From assembly GCA_033442325.1 (NCBI GenBank), contig JAWQFM010000011.1, positions 455,131-519,130 on the forward strand: 64,000 bases of DNA, given 5' to 3'. Below the pieces are notes generated by a model. It saw nothing but the letters and a program-made list of their open reading frames with translations, did not search any database and was not told where the DNA came from. The position numbers and the translations under genes were made by a program. Every line of letters starts with the position of its first letter. The first letter of the stretch is position 1. This DNA comes from Salpingoeca rosetta (lineage: Eukaryota; Protista; Choanoflagellata). Shown piece after piece: positions 1 to 31,480 of this stretch.

Positions 1-96
1 CAGGCGCTGGAGATCGAGGCGCTGTCGGCAGGTCGATTCGATCAGAGGAGTGTCGAACTACAAGAGCACGCAACAGAGACGACGATGATGGTCCTA

Positions 97-130
<34 letters not shown>

Positions 131-580
131 GGCGGGGCGTGTCTGGGACTGCCAAGCGCGTGATGCTGATCGCTCTCGGTGCCCTTTCTGGGCTGAGTGC
201 TCACAGTGTTGGTGTCGCTGCTGTTGGTGTCGTTGGCGCTGTTGCGACTGAGGATGGACAGGGGTGGCCAACGGCGCAACATCGCTGGCGGCGGCTTGTG
301 TTCCGCGGCAGTACCGCTGGCGCTGGATCTTGGCGAGGCGAAGCAGCCGTGTGTGAGCCTGCTGCGCACTCTCAAACGCCCGCAGCCCTGTCAGGTCTTC
401 ACCGTGGCCGTGTCGGTCGTAAGACACAAAATCCTCCACGCGTGGCGGCAGCAAGTCCACGGGCTTCACACTGAGTGCCTTGCATGCTCGCAACGAGCGT
501 GGGCTCGTTAACACCCGCTCGCTGTGCGCAAACCCCGGTGACAAGAAGTTGTCCAAGTTGATGCTCCTCCGTTTCTTCAT
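1..580 (-). CDS. CCDC177: CCDC177-like coiled-coil protein, N-terminal exon (continues off the left edge)
   Basis: Minus-strand frame is open from ATG 580 (directly after (CA)n-CAG) to position 1: MKKRRSINLDNFLSPGFAHSERVLTSPRSLRACKALSVKPVDLLPPRVEDF...AFESAQQAHTRLLRLAKIQRQR. The l.NF...VLTSPRSL.AC....VKPV.LL block matches the CCDC177 N-terminal motif as I recall it. It is absent from the ORF track because there is no stop inside the window. Confidence 0.7.
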
Positions 581-617
581 CTGTGTGTGTGTGTGCGTCT
601 GTGTGTTTGTGTGTTTG

Positions 618-650
<33 letters not shown>

Positions 651-719
651 CTGTGTGTGTGTGCGTCTGTGTGTTTGTGTGTTTGTGTGTGTGTTTGTGT
701 CTGTGTCTGTGTGTGTGTG

Positions 720-1454
720 NNNNNNNNNNNNNNNNNNNNNNNNNNNNNNNNNNNNNNNNNNNNNNNNNNNNNNNNNNNNNNNNNNNNNNNNNNNNNNNNN
801 NNNNNNNNNNNNNNNNNNNNNNNNNNNNNNNNNNNNNNNNNNNNNNNNNNNNNNNNNNNNNNNNNNNNNNNNNNNNNNNNNNNNNNNNNNNNNNNNNNNN
901 NNNNNNNNNNNNNNNNNNNNNNNNNNNNNNNNNNNNNNNNNNNNNNNNNNNNNNNNNNNNNNNNNNNNNNNNNNNNNNNNNNNNNNNNNNNNNNNNNNNN
1001 NNNNNNNNNNNNNNNNNNNNNNNNNNNNNNNNNNNNNNNNNNNNNNNNNNNNNNNNNNNNNNNNNNNNNNNNNNNNNNNNNNNNNNNNNNNNNNNNNNNN
1101 NNNNNNNNNNNNNNNNNNNNNNNNNNNNNNNNNNNNNNNNNNNNNNNNNNNNNNNNNNNNNNNNNNNNNNNNNNNNNNNNNNNNNNNNNNNNNNNNNNNN
1201 NNNNNNNNNNNNNNNNNNNNNNNNNNNNNNNNNNNNNNNNNNNNNNNNNNNNNNNNNNNNNNNNNNNNNNNNNNNNNNNNNNNNNNNNNNNNNNNNNNNN
1301 NNNNNNNNNNNNNNNNNNNNNNNNNNNNNNNNNNNNNNNNNNNNNNNNNNNNNNNNNNNNNNNNNNNNNNNNNNNNNNNNNNNNNNNNNNNNNNNNNNNN
1401 NNNNNNNNNNNNNNNNNNNNNNNNNNNNNNNNNNNNNNNNNNNNNNNNNNNNNN
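720..1454. other. Assembly gap (735 N) flanked on both sides by (GT)n microsatellite
   Basis: Run of N seen directly; TG repeats at about 581-719 and 1455-1615. Confidence 0.99.
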
Positions 1455-1546
<92 letters not shown>

Positions 1547-1688
1547 TGTGTGTGTGTGTGTGTGTGTTTGTGTATGTGAGCATGTGTCTGTCTGTCTGTG
1601 TATGTGTGTGTGTGTGCTGTCATGCACCAATTTCGCCTCACCTCCAGCCTCTCACTCGCATGCTATCCTGCCGCCCCCGTCATGTCAG

Positions 1689-3782
1689 GAGCCCCAACAT
1701 CAACATCAACCGAGACCCACGCTGGGGCCGCAACCAGGAAGTGCCCTCCGAGGACCCGCTCCTCAACGGCGAGTTTGGCAAAGTGCGTACGCGGGACTGT
1801 CTGCTGTTGCTGGTGTTCGTGTGTGTGTGTCTGTGTGTGTGTGTGTCTGTATTTGTGTCTGTGTCTGTGTGTGTCTGCGTCTGTGTGTCTTGTCCTTCTG
1901 TCCCTCTGTTTGCTTGTTTGTTTGTGTGTGTGTGTGTGTGTGTGTGTGAGTGCTTGTGATTGAGAACACCTTTGCTTCTGTGTGTGCTCTTGCTTGCGCC
2001 TGCCCGATCCTTGTCATCAACACACCGCCTCCTCCCTCCTCACCGCTCTTCGCTGGCTGTGCTCCCAACAGCTGTACACGATGGGTCTGCAGCAAGGCGA
2101 GGACAGCCGCTACACCAAAGTTGTTGTCACGCTCAAGGTGTGAGCCTCCGAGCACTCTTCCATGCTTGCAAGCAACCTTTCGAAGAAGCAAAGCAGATTA
2201 CACTTCGACACGCACCTACACACACCACACACAACACGCCTCTTCAAAACTCACAGCTGTGGCACCTTCGTGGAAATGTATGTGTGTGTGTGTGTGCGTG
2301 ACGTCTTTGGGTTTAGCACTGGGACGCATACAGTCTTGAGGACAGTGATGGCTTCACCCGCCACAACTTTGACGCAAAAGTCTCAAACTTTGCTCTGATG
2401 GTGTGTGTGCGTGTGTGTGTGTGTGTGTGCGTGTGTGTGCATGTGTTTGGCAAGTATGCAATTGCTGGAGTACACTGGTTATGCTTGAGTGTGTGCTCAC
2501 ATGTGCGTGTGTCTCATTTTCTTGTGTTCAGGACACGTACTGGCCGGCTTTCAGGAAGGCTGTCATGGAAGGAAACGCCAAAGGCGTCATGTGCAGGTGA
2601 GACGCAGCATTTAATGTGCATGCATGCATGTGGTATGTGTACCTTCCCATCTCATTCACGCACACCTCATAGCTGCTCACACGTTGTGGTTGCTCTGAAC
2701 ACCAACCGCCGTCCCCGTCCCATCTTGCACGTCATCAACACCACCCTCATCATCCACCACCTCTCCACGATGTACTCACCTCACCCCCTCACCCCATTCC
2801 CATCATCGCGCGACTCTGATCACCATCACCACCGCCAACAGCTACAACGCCCTCAACGGCCGCCCCACGTGTACACATCCGCTGCTGACAAAAGTTCTGC
2901 GCGACATTTGGAAGGTGATGCGATGCCTGAGCTCGGTGATCACGGGTGGGAGGATGCTTATCGATGCTGGTGTTGTCGTGAGGTGGCCTCTGGGTGGTGT
3001 ACCTCTCAATCGCACACATTCATATATGTTGTTATACAGCACACGAGTGCGCCACTGACCACCCGCTCACCAACCAGCCCCTTACCCCGACGCTCGTGCC
3101 GTTCAGTTTGACGGGTACGTGACCTCGGACACGGGCGCTATTGAAGACATCTATGCAAAGCACCACTACACGGCCAACGCGAGCGCTGCTGTTGCTGCTG
3201 CTCTTCGCGATGGCCGGTGCGATATGGACAGTGGCGCCGTCTACCATGACGCTCTCCTCGACGCTGTCAACAGCGGGTACACATGCACTCGCGCGTGCTC
3301 TGTGTGTGTGTGTGTGTGACTGTCTGTCTGTCTGTCCGTCTGTGCGGTGTCTGTGTGTGTGCGTGCGTGTGGGTGTGTGTGTATCTGTGTCTGTGTCTGT
3401 GTCTGTGTTTGTCTTTCTGTCTGCGTGTCTGCGTGTCTGTGTCTTCGTGTCTGTGTGCCTGTGTGCTCTGTGCAACCTTTGCCCTCCTCCCTACCCCTTC
3501 CCTTCTCCAGCCACTAGTTCATGTGCCTCGCCATACCCTGTGCAACCTTGCGAATGGCAATGAGCAGCGAATGCAGCATGGACGACGTGGACAGGGCGCT
3601 CTACAACACGCTGAAGCTGCGGTTTGAACTTGGGCTGTTTGATCCCATTGAGGACCAGCCCTACTGGCGCATCAACGCGTCCTCCATCAACACAACATAT
3701 GCACAAGACCTCAACATGAAGATCACCCTCGAGTCCATGATCCTCCTTCAAAACCACAACAACGCCCTCCCATTCAAGAAAG

Positions 3783-3866
<84 letters not shown>

Positions 3867-4210
3867 TGGTGGCCGCTGCTACTTGATGCCGTATTTGTGT
3901 TGGCTGAATGGACGTGCATTGCAACTTACCTTTGCCTCGCTCATTCCACTCCTTTCTCTTCTTCCCACAAGGCTCATCACCCTTCCATCTCCCCATGTTT
4001 CTGTTCCGTCGTTAGGCCGCAAGGTTGCTGTGATTGGACCCCACATCAATGCACAGGAGGCGCTCGTTGGAAACTACCTTGGGCAGCTGTGCCCGGACGA
4101 CTCATTTGATTGCATCACGTCTCCCCTCGCCGCGATTGAAGCCATCAATGGCATGAGCAACACCGTCTCAGCAATGGTGCGCATACGTGTGCGTGTGTGT
4201 GTGTCTGCGT

Positions 4211-4283
<73 letters not shown>

Positions 4284-5985
4284 CTGTGTGTCTGTGTGTG
4301 TGTCTGCAAGCTGGCTGACAATACGACACATCATCATCAGAATCAGCACACAACATTTCTGCGACAACGCCATTGAATACTCCGCTTGCCATGGTCCTCA
4401 AGTATCACACACACGCACGCACACATATGCGTGTACCAACGTGCTTCAATACTTGTAGGGCAGTGGCGTGCTTGCATGCACGGATGCGTCCATTCAGGAG
4501 GCCGTCAATGTCGCAAAGGATGCCGACTACGTGGTGCGTGTGTGTGTGTGTGTGTGTGTGTGTTGATTGTGGCGCGTTGTCCCTGCACGTTGTTTTAGTG
4601 AGTGTGGATGAGGTCCTTGTATGCTTCATGTTTGTACGTTCATGCAGTCGTTCTAGTGGTTCACCCACCCAATCGCCTTCCATCAGGTTCTGCTCATTGG
4701 CATCAACGACACAATTGAGGCAGAGAGCAACGACAGAACAAGCATTGACCTTCCGCAGTGCCAGCACAAGCTGACGGCAGCCATTGCGCACCTCAACAAA
4801 ACTACTGCTGCTGTTCTCATCAACGGTGGAATGCTTGCAATCGAACAGGAGAAGAAGCAACTCCCAGCAATCATCGAAGGTGCGCGCTTTTGTGCCTGTA
4901 TGTGCGTGCTTGTGTGTGTGTCTGTGTGTCTGTGTGTCTGTGTGTCTGTGTGTGTGTCTGTGTGTCTGTGTCTGTGTCTGTGTCTGTGTTTGTGTCGTGT
5001 CTGTGTGTCTGTGTGTGTGTCTGTGTGTCTGTGTCTGTGTCTGTGTCTGTGTTTGTGTCATTTGCTTACGTCCCTGCCTCAATTGCCTGTGCCGGGTAAC
5101 CCCCCCCCCTTCCCCTCGTGCTCTGTGCACCATGCCGCATGTCTGCGTCATCAGCGGGTTACCCCGGTTTCTATGGCGGCGCCGCCATTGCCAAAACCAT
5201 CTTCGGAGACAACAATCACCTCGGTGGGAAGCTGCCCTACACCGTGTACCCTGCAGACTACATCCACAAGATTAACATGTCTGACATGGAGATGACGAAC
5301 AGTCCAGGCCGCTCGTACCGCTACTACACCGGGCAGCCCCTCTGGTCAGCTTTGGCGCCGTGTGTGTGTGTGTGTGTGTGTGTCTGTGTGTGTCTGTGTC
5401 TGTGTGTCTGTGTGTGTCTGTGTGATGAATGCTTTTGTCACTGGTTTCACAACATTCCCAGCCCCCTACCTTCATGAGGACCGCCTTCTCAAACTCACTG
5501 TAAATCTACACTCCCCTCCCCTTGCCCCACATCACCCATCACGTCCACCCCTCAGGCCATTTGGGTTTGGCCTGGCGTACACGACGTTCAGTGTTCAGAG
5601 CCCTGGGCCAAGCGCATCCACCTTTGCCACCGGCAGCAACACATCCTTCTCTCTGCCCGTGCATGTTGTCAACACAGGCAAGCGGACAGGCGACACAGTT
5701 GTGCAGGTGTACATGGCACCCGTCTCACTCCCACACCGCAGTTTCTCGCTGAAGAAGCAGCTGATTGCCTTTGAGCGCGTGCACCTCACACCGAACCAGC
5801 GTTTGGGCGTCACCATCCCGCTCTCCGCCGATGTGTTCAACATGGTTGACCCTGTCACAGGCAACGTCGTGTCCACGCCTGGCTCGTACCGCCTCGTGGT
5901 CTCCGACGGCGTTGCGCCTACTCTCCGCTTCTCCGTCTCTCTTCACGGGGACGAAGTCGTTGTCGAAAAGTTCCCGTCTGTCTGA
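1689..5985 (+). CDS. Glycoside hydrolase family 3, beta-xylosidase/BXL-type with C-terminal Fn3-like domain; multi-exon, 5' part lost in the gap
   Basis: About 12 visible GT-AG exons: [23 protein letters not shown] (from 1689), VVTLK|[15 protein letters not shown]...VMCS|[18 protein letters not shown] (nucleophile Asp), [24 protein letters not shown] (acid/base Glu region), AGYPGFYGG...[42 protein letters not shown]; stop TGA 5985. Confidence 0.93.
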
Positions 5986-6011
5986 ACACACACGCGCGCG
6001 CACGCAACTCC

Positions 6012-6075
<64 letters not shown>

Positions 6076-6536
6076 ATGAATGTGTGTATGTTTGTATGTG
6101 TGTGTTTGCATGTGTGTGTTTGCATGTGTGTGTGCCTTTCTTTGTCGCTTGCTTGTTGTTTGCTTTGCTTGTTGTGTGCGTTGCTCGTTTGTTTGCTTGT
6201 GTTCTTTGGGTCGTGTTTCGCATTCGTTCTGGTGCTCGTCATGTTGTGCTTCACTTTTTGTCTTTCAGCGCATGTGCTGGATCGTCTCCGCATCTACCTC
6301 ATCTGTTGTGACATCATATGTGAACCACTACCGGTTACTCCAGTGCGGCCTTGCGCTTTTCAATTTCAATCACCAATACATTGTTTACTCACAGCCACAA
6401 CACTAAATTCTCTTCGGCCAAAATGTCAAATCACACATACACGTGCACATGCCCGCAACAGCAAAGCCCTGCAATCACCACACCACCACCGCCGCCGCCG
6501 CTATCATCATCACCATCATCGTCATCGACATCACCA

Positions 6537-16676
<10,140 letters not shown>

Positions 16677-16822
16677 CGTGCGTCGTGACGTGCGGCTCCA
16701 ACAAACAAAACACGTGGGTGCTGGCGCGACTCGAAGAAGCGTGCGAAACACCACAAAAAGTAGTAATCCAATCGTGCACACACTCCTGCCTCCTGTCGTG
16801 CTCCAACCAACCAACAACAACA
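16677..16822. promoter_or_regulatory. Compact bidirectional promoter between DHX37 and the MORN-lipase-GTPase gene
   Basis: Divergent ATGs at 16676 (-) and 16823 (+) are only 146 bp apart. The interval contains TGACGT (16686), CACGTG (16711-16716) and CCAAT (16768-16772). Confidence 0.6.
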
Positions 16823-26749
<9,927 letters not shown>

Positions 26750-27012
26750 TGTGTGGATGGGCACGTGTGTATGTGTGTATGTGTGTATGTGTATATGTGC
26801 GTTTCAGTGGTGCCACTCGTTACTCCCAGCAGCCGTTGCCTCGTTCTCCAGCAAGTGCAACTGTGTTGTAGTCAGCCCCCTCAATGAATGAATGTGAATG
26901 CTGCAACACGACGTGACATGCCGACCTTTTGATGATGTGCAAAACGCAAAGCACAAGCAAAGCAAAGCACATGCACCAACACACCAACCCAACACCACGT
27001 GCCACATGCCAC

Positions 27013-27533
27013 ATGGAGCCAGCCCGGCAGCCTGCGTGGGCGGATGTGCTTGGGTGCTCGCTGGTGAAAGGGCTGCGGCTGTGTCGGAGCGCAAGCGGCG
27101 ACGATGAAGACAAGCAAGAGGGCGAACAAGTGCACGTGGAAGCTGTGGAGGCACTGGTGAGAAGAACGGGCGACGGCGATGATGATGATGATGATGCTGA
27201 CGAACATGGCATCGTGTTGGTGACAGTGCCGCAGGACGCCGTCATGTCCCTGCACAACGTGCTTCAGACGCACTTGGAGCCGTGTGCTCTCGCAGCCAGC
27301 CCAACGCCGCCATCGCAGGACATTGGCGCGAAGCAGTCGGCGGCATGCACATGTCCCTGCGCCGTCATTCATGCGCTCGTGGAAGACCTGCCACGCGATT
27401 TGGATACCGACAACGACAGCCATGATATCGGTACCATCGCCCTTGCCACGGCCATCGTCTTTCACGCCTCCAACCCAACGTGAGTGTGTCTGTGTGTGTC
27501 TGTGTGTCTGTGTGTCTGTGCGTGTGTATGTCC

Positions 27534-27591
<58 letters not shown>

Positions 27592-29762
27592 CTGTGTGTC
27601 TGTGTGTGTGTGTGTCTGTGTGTCTGTGCCTGTCTGTGTCTGCCTGCCTGTCTGTTTCTCTGTCTGTCCGTCCGTGTACGTGTACATCTGCGCATCTGTG
27701 TCTGTGTGTCTGTGCGCTGATCTTCTCGTGGAGCAACCAACCAACCAACCTCACGCCTCTGCACCCCACACATACACATACACATGCACACGCGACGTTC
27801 ACGCACTTGCATGGTGTGCGCGCGTGTTTGCATCGCAGGAGTAAGTGGCATGGGTACCTGAGCTCACTGCCAAAGCACAACTTGACCACAATGACGTTTG
27901 ATGAACGAGCGCTGCATCTCCTGCGCGGAACAAACCTGCACCACGCCACCATTGACCGTCGCAATGCCACCGCGCGCACCGCCGCTACGATCTGCCGTTG
28001 GCTTCAGCACAAGTGGCCGCAGCACGCAGCTGCGTTCACCCTTGACGCATACGTGTGGGCTGCGGAGACCATCTCTTCCCGTGCGCTCTCTGGACGCGTG
28101 TCGCAGCCGGACACAGTCATTCATCTCCTGCATCTCGGCATCGTGGATGGCGACACACCAACATCCGCCAGCGACGAACAGAGCAGCACGCGCACATCAA
28201 AGAGTGTGGTGACGGTGGCACCGTTTCCTGTGCTGGCGCACACGCCGTGCTTGCTGCCGCTGCTCGACCTCTTTGATCATGACCCGCAGGCAGATGTCAC
28301 GTGGCGCAACACGGGCACGCACGTGCGGCTCATCACACGAGAGGCCGTGGCGCCAGGCGAGCCTGTCTTCAACAACTATGGCGGCAAAGGAAATGAAGAG
28401 CTCATGCTTGCGTACGGGTTTGCTCTGCCGAACAACAAGCACGACGACATGCATGTCATGCTGGGCTTGCCTGCATCCCTGCAGCAACAGCTCGTCGCTG
28501 CTGATGACGATGTCGATGTTGCCGACGGTGATGCTGATCACCAAGAAGATGGTGTTGGTGTTGGTGACACGAACCGTGACGCGATGGACGCAAGCGCGCC
28601 CGCTCACGACGCTGCCGCTGGGATAGACAGTGCCTGTGCTGCTGCTGCTGATCTGTCGTCTGCCTTTGCCGCGCTGGGCACGATAACGCCACGCGGCCTG
28701 CGGCTCTCCATTCACGCGGCCTCCATCTTGGCCGACGTGACAAAGCTGCTGCAGGCACTCTCCATCGTCATGCACAGCACACCCTTTCCGCTGGCACCAC
28801 AAGTGCACGCACGGGCACCGCGCAGTGTTGCGCGTGACCCTGTGGCCACCAGTGTGGTGGATGCTGCCTGCAGTGTTATCGCCGCTGCTATTGGTGATGA
28901 TGTCGTTGGAGGTGCGGAGGCATGCGTCCACGTTGAGGGCGTTGCAGTCACTGCAAGTGACTCTTCAACACGTGCACGTGCGCCTCTCCTTCCCCTCGAT
29001 GGCGTGACTGTGATGCGGGCAAGAGCCGTGTGCTTGCAGGCAAGGACCATGCTGACTTCCAAACTCGCACACCACACGCAGCTGCTGCGCGAATGCAACG
29101 CCTTGCTGGCCATGTGTGATGGCAATGCTGGTGTTGACGGTGATGGTCATGGTGATGGTGATGATGGTGCTGATGGCGCTGATGGTGATGGTGGTGGTGT
29201 GGGTGCTGTGCAGACGGGCAAGGGTGTGCGGGCATTGCGGCGACAGCTGCAGATGGTACAACGCTTCCTCCAGGGGCAGACGCGACTGATGGATGCTGCG
29301 CTTGTGTACATGCGCACGACACTCGAGCGAGAGCTGATTGTTCGCGGATGTGCAGCGATGGAACAGCAACAGCAGCAACGACAGTGCCAGCGGGTGCAGC
29401 TGGTGCAGCAACAGGGCCTGGATGGGCACATGCTGTTTGAGCGTGTGGATGATGAGCCGCATGCTGTGCATGATGGGGGCGTTGCCAGCAACGCCACTGG
29501 CAGCAGCAGTGGCAATGACATCGGTGGTGGTGAACGTGTGGTGGCGACGGCAACTGTGCTTACACTGGATGTGCTGACATCACTCTCTGATGGCGCAGCA
29601 CTGCTGTTGGCCAACATTGAAGGATTGGAGCCAGACTACGCATTTGCCCTCGTGCTCCTCGCCAAGCTCTCCTCCCCAGATGTGGCGGCGGTTCTGGACC
29701 CCTTTCGCCCGTGCATCGCGCAGCACGTGCGCCGTCGTGGCCGCACAGACGACGACGACGTC

Positions 29763-29836
<74 letters not shown>

Positions 29837-30521
29837 GGAGGAGGAGGAGGAGGAGGAGGAGGAGCATAATAATGGTGGTGATGGTGATGATGGTGGTGGT
29901 GATGATTGCGAGCAGGTGCTGAAGAAGCCCAAACTGAAGGCAGGCGGCGTTGATGTTGGTGATGTACTGCACCAGGGCGGTGAGAGTGGTGGTGGTGGCA
30001 AGGTCGTTGATGCCATGGTGGCGCAGTCCCGTGCTGAGGACCAGGCAGTGCTGGGAGACCTTTCGCCCCTCATCGCACACCTGTCAGACATGTACCCGCG
30101 TGGTATCACGGGTGCTGCGTGGGCGGCAGCGCTTGACTGCATCCGCTGTCGCCTCCTTGACGTCCCGCCATCTCCTTCATCCTCTGCCACAGGCCCCGCG
30201 CTGCTGTCTCGTGCTGCACCCGTCGCCATGTGGGCGGTCGGCAACGTCATTGCGCGCGTACACGGCAGTGGTAGTACTGGTGGTGTTAGTGGTGGTGGGA
30301 GCGATGAAGGTCGCGGTGGTGTGGTGAAAGGACTGCAGCACCAGCAACAACACCAGCACCGACAAGCCCTTCCAGTTGTTGCGCTGGTTGATGATGTTGG
30401 CACGTTATCGTGTTCGGATCCCATTGTACTGGGCATCCCCGAAGCACTTCTTGTACAAGCAGATGCGGAGATGTGGCCTGCGCTTCGTGCTGTGTACTGC
30501 TCCCATGTCCACTGTCAGTGA
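27013..30521 (+). CDS. SET-domain non-histone protein lysine methyltransferase-like (Rkm1/Efm1/SETD3-4/LSMT class); 2 exons
   Basis: Exon 1 27013-27479, intron GTGAGT..CAG, exon 2 27839-30521. Motifs: LVTVP, SKWHGYLSSLP, LLRGTNL, YVWAAETISSRA, LLPLLDLFDH, GEPVFNNYGGKGNEELMLAYGF. Long C-terminal extension with a poly-D/E tract. Start codon uncertain. AATAAA at 30541. Confidence 0.8.
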
Positions 30522-30798
30522 ATGCGCGCGTGTGTCGATAAATAAATGTCTACTACTTTGATGGTTGCTGTCTTAGGGTTTGTATTGGTGTGTTTTTGAA
30601 GTCGCAGCTGAACGAGTCACATATGAGTACTTGTGTGTTCCATTGCATCCATGCGACCCTGGACGAAGCAGATGGGAGGAAGGGAAAAAACAAAAACAAA
30701 TCTGCCCGGCTGCTGTTGAGCAAATTAAAGTGCAGTGACGTTTGGTCCTCAACTGTTGTTCTGGGTGGATGCTTCACGTTTGCATGAAGACGGCACAG

Positions 30799-30881
<83 letters not shown>

Positions 30882-31007
30882 CTGGCCCACCACACTTTGC
30901 ACTGAACGCGAGTGTGTACTTTGTTTTTCACTGAAGGAGCATGGGGATTGCACGGCCCCGGGAGCAGTCAATTTACATTGAGGGGGGGTGGGGGGGGGGG
31001 GGGGGAC

Positions 31008-31038
<31 letters not shown>

Positions 31039-31167
31039 CTTAAACAACAACAACAACAACAACGACAACAAACGCCGTCGTTTGAATTGCGCGGCAGGTC
31101 TTTTCTGGCCGCCCCTCCAATTTATTCGCCACTCTCCAACATTCTCGTCTCCAAAACACCACCCAAG

Positions 31168-31394
31168 ATGGCTCGCGCTGTGCTGCTGGCGACCACTGTT
31201 GTTGCTGTTGTTCTCGGGGTGTTGACGGCCCAGTGTGCCGCTGACACCTGCCAGGTCCCCGATCCAAGCAAGAAGGTATGTCGTACACAACACCAACGCA
31301 GTCATGTGCTTGTTGCCACTGTACCCGCGGCTGGCGTGTTATCTTGTGCTACACGTTTGGTTGAAGGTGATTGGAGATGAGTTCTGTTCTTCAC

Positions 31395-31480
<86 letters not shown>

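Noticed and set aside
85-511. Plus-strand ORFs with signal-peptide-like poly-Leu starts, considered as the GH3 N-terminus
   Set aside because: No GH3 motifs; they are antisense to the better-supported CCDC177-like frame, and the Leu run comes from a (CTG/TTG)n repeat.
30600-30720. CTGAACGAG...GAA as a hammerhead ribozyme core
   Set aside because: It does not match CUGANGA spacing and I could not find the three flanking stems.
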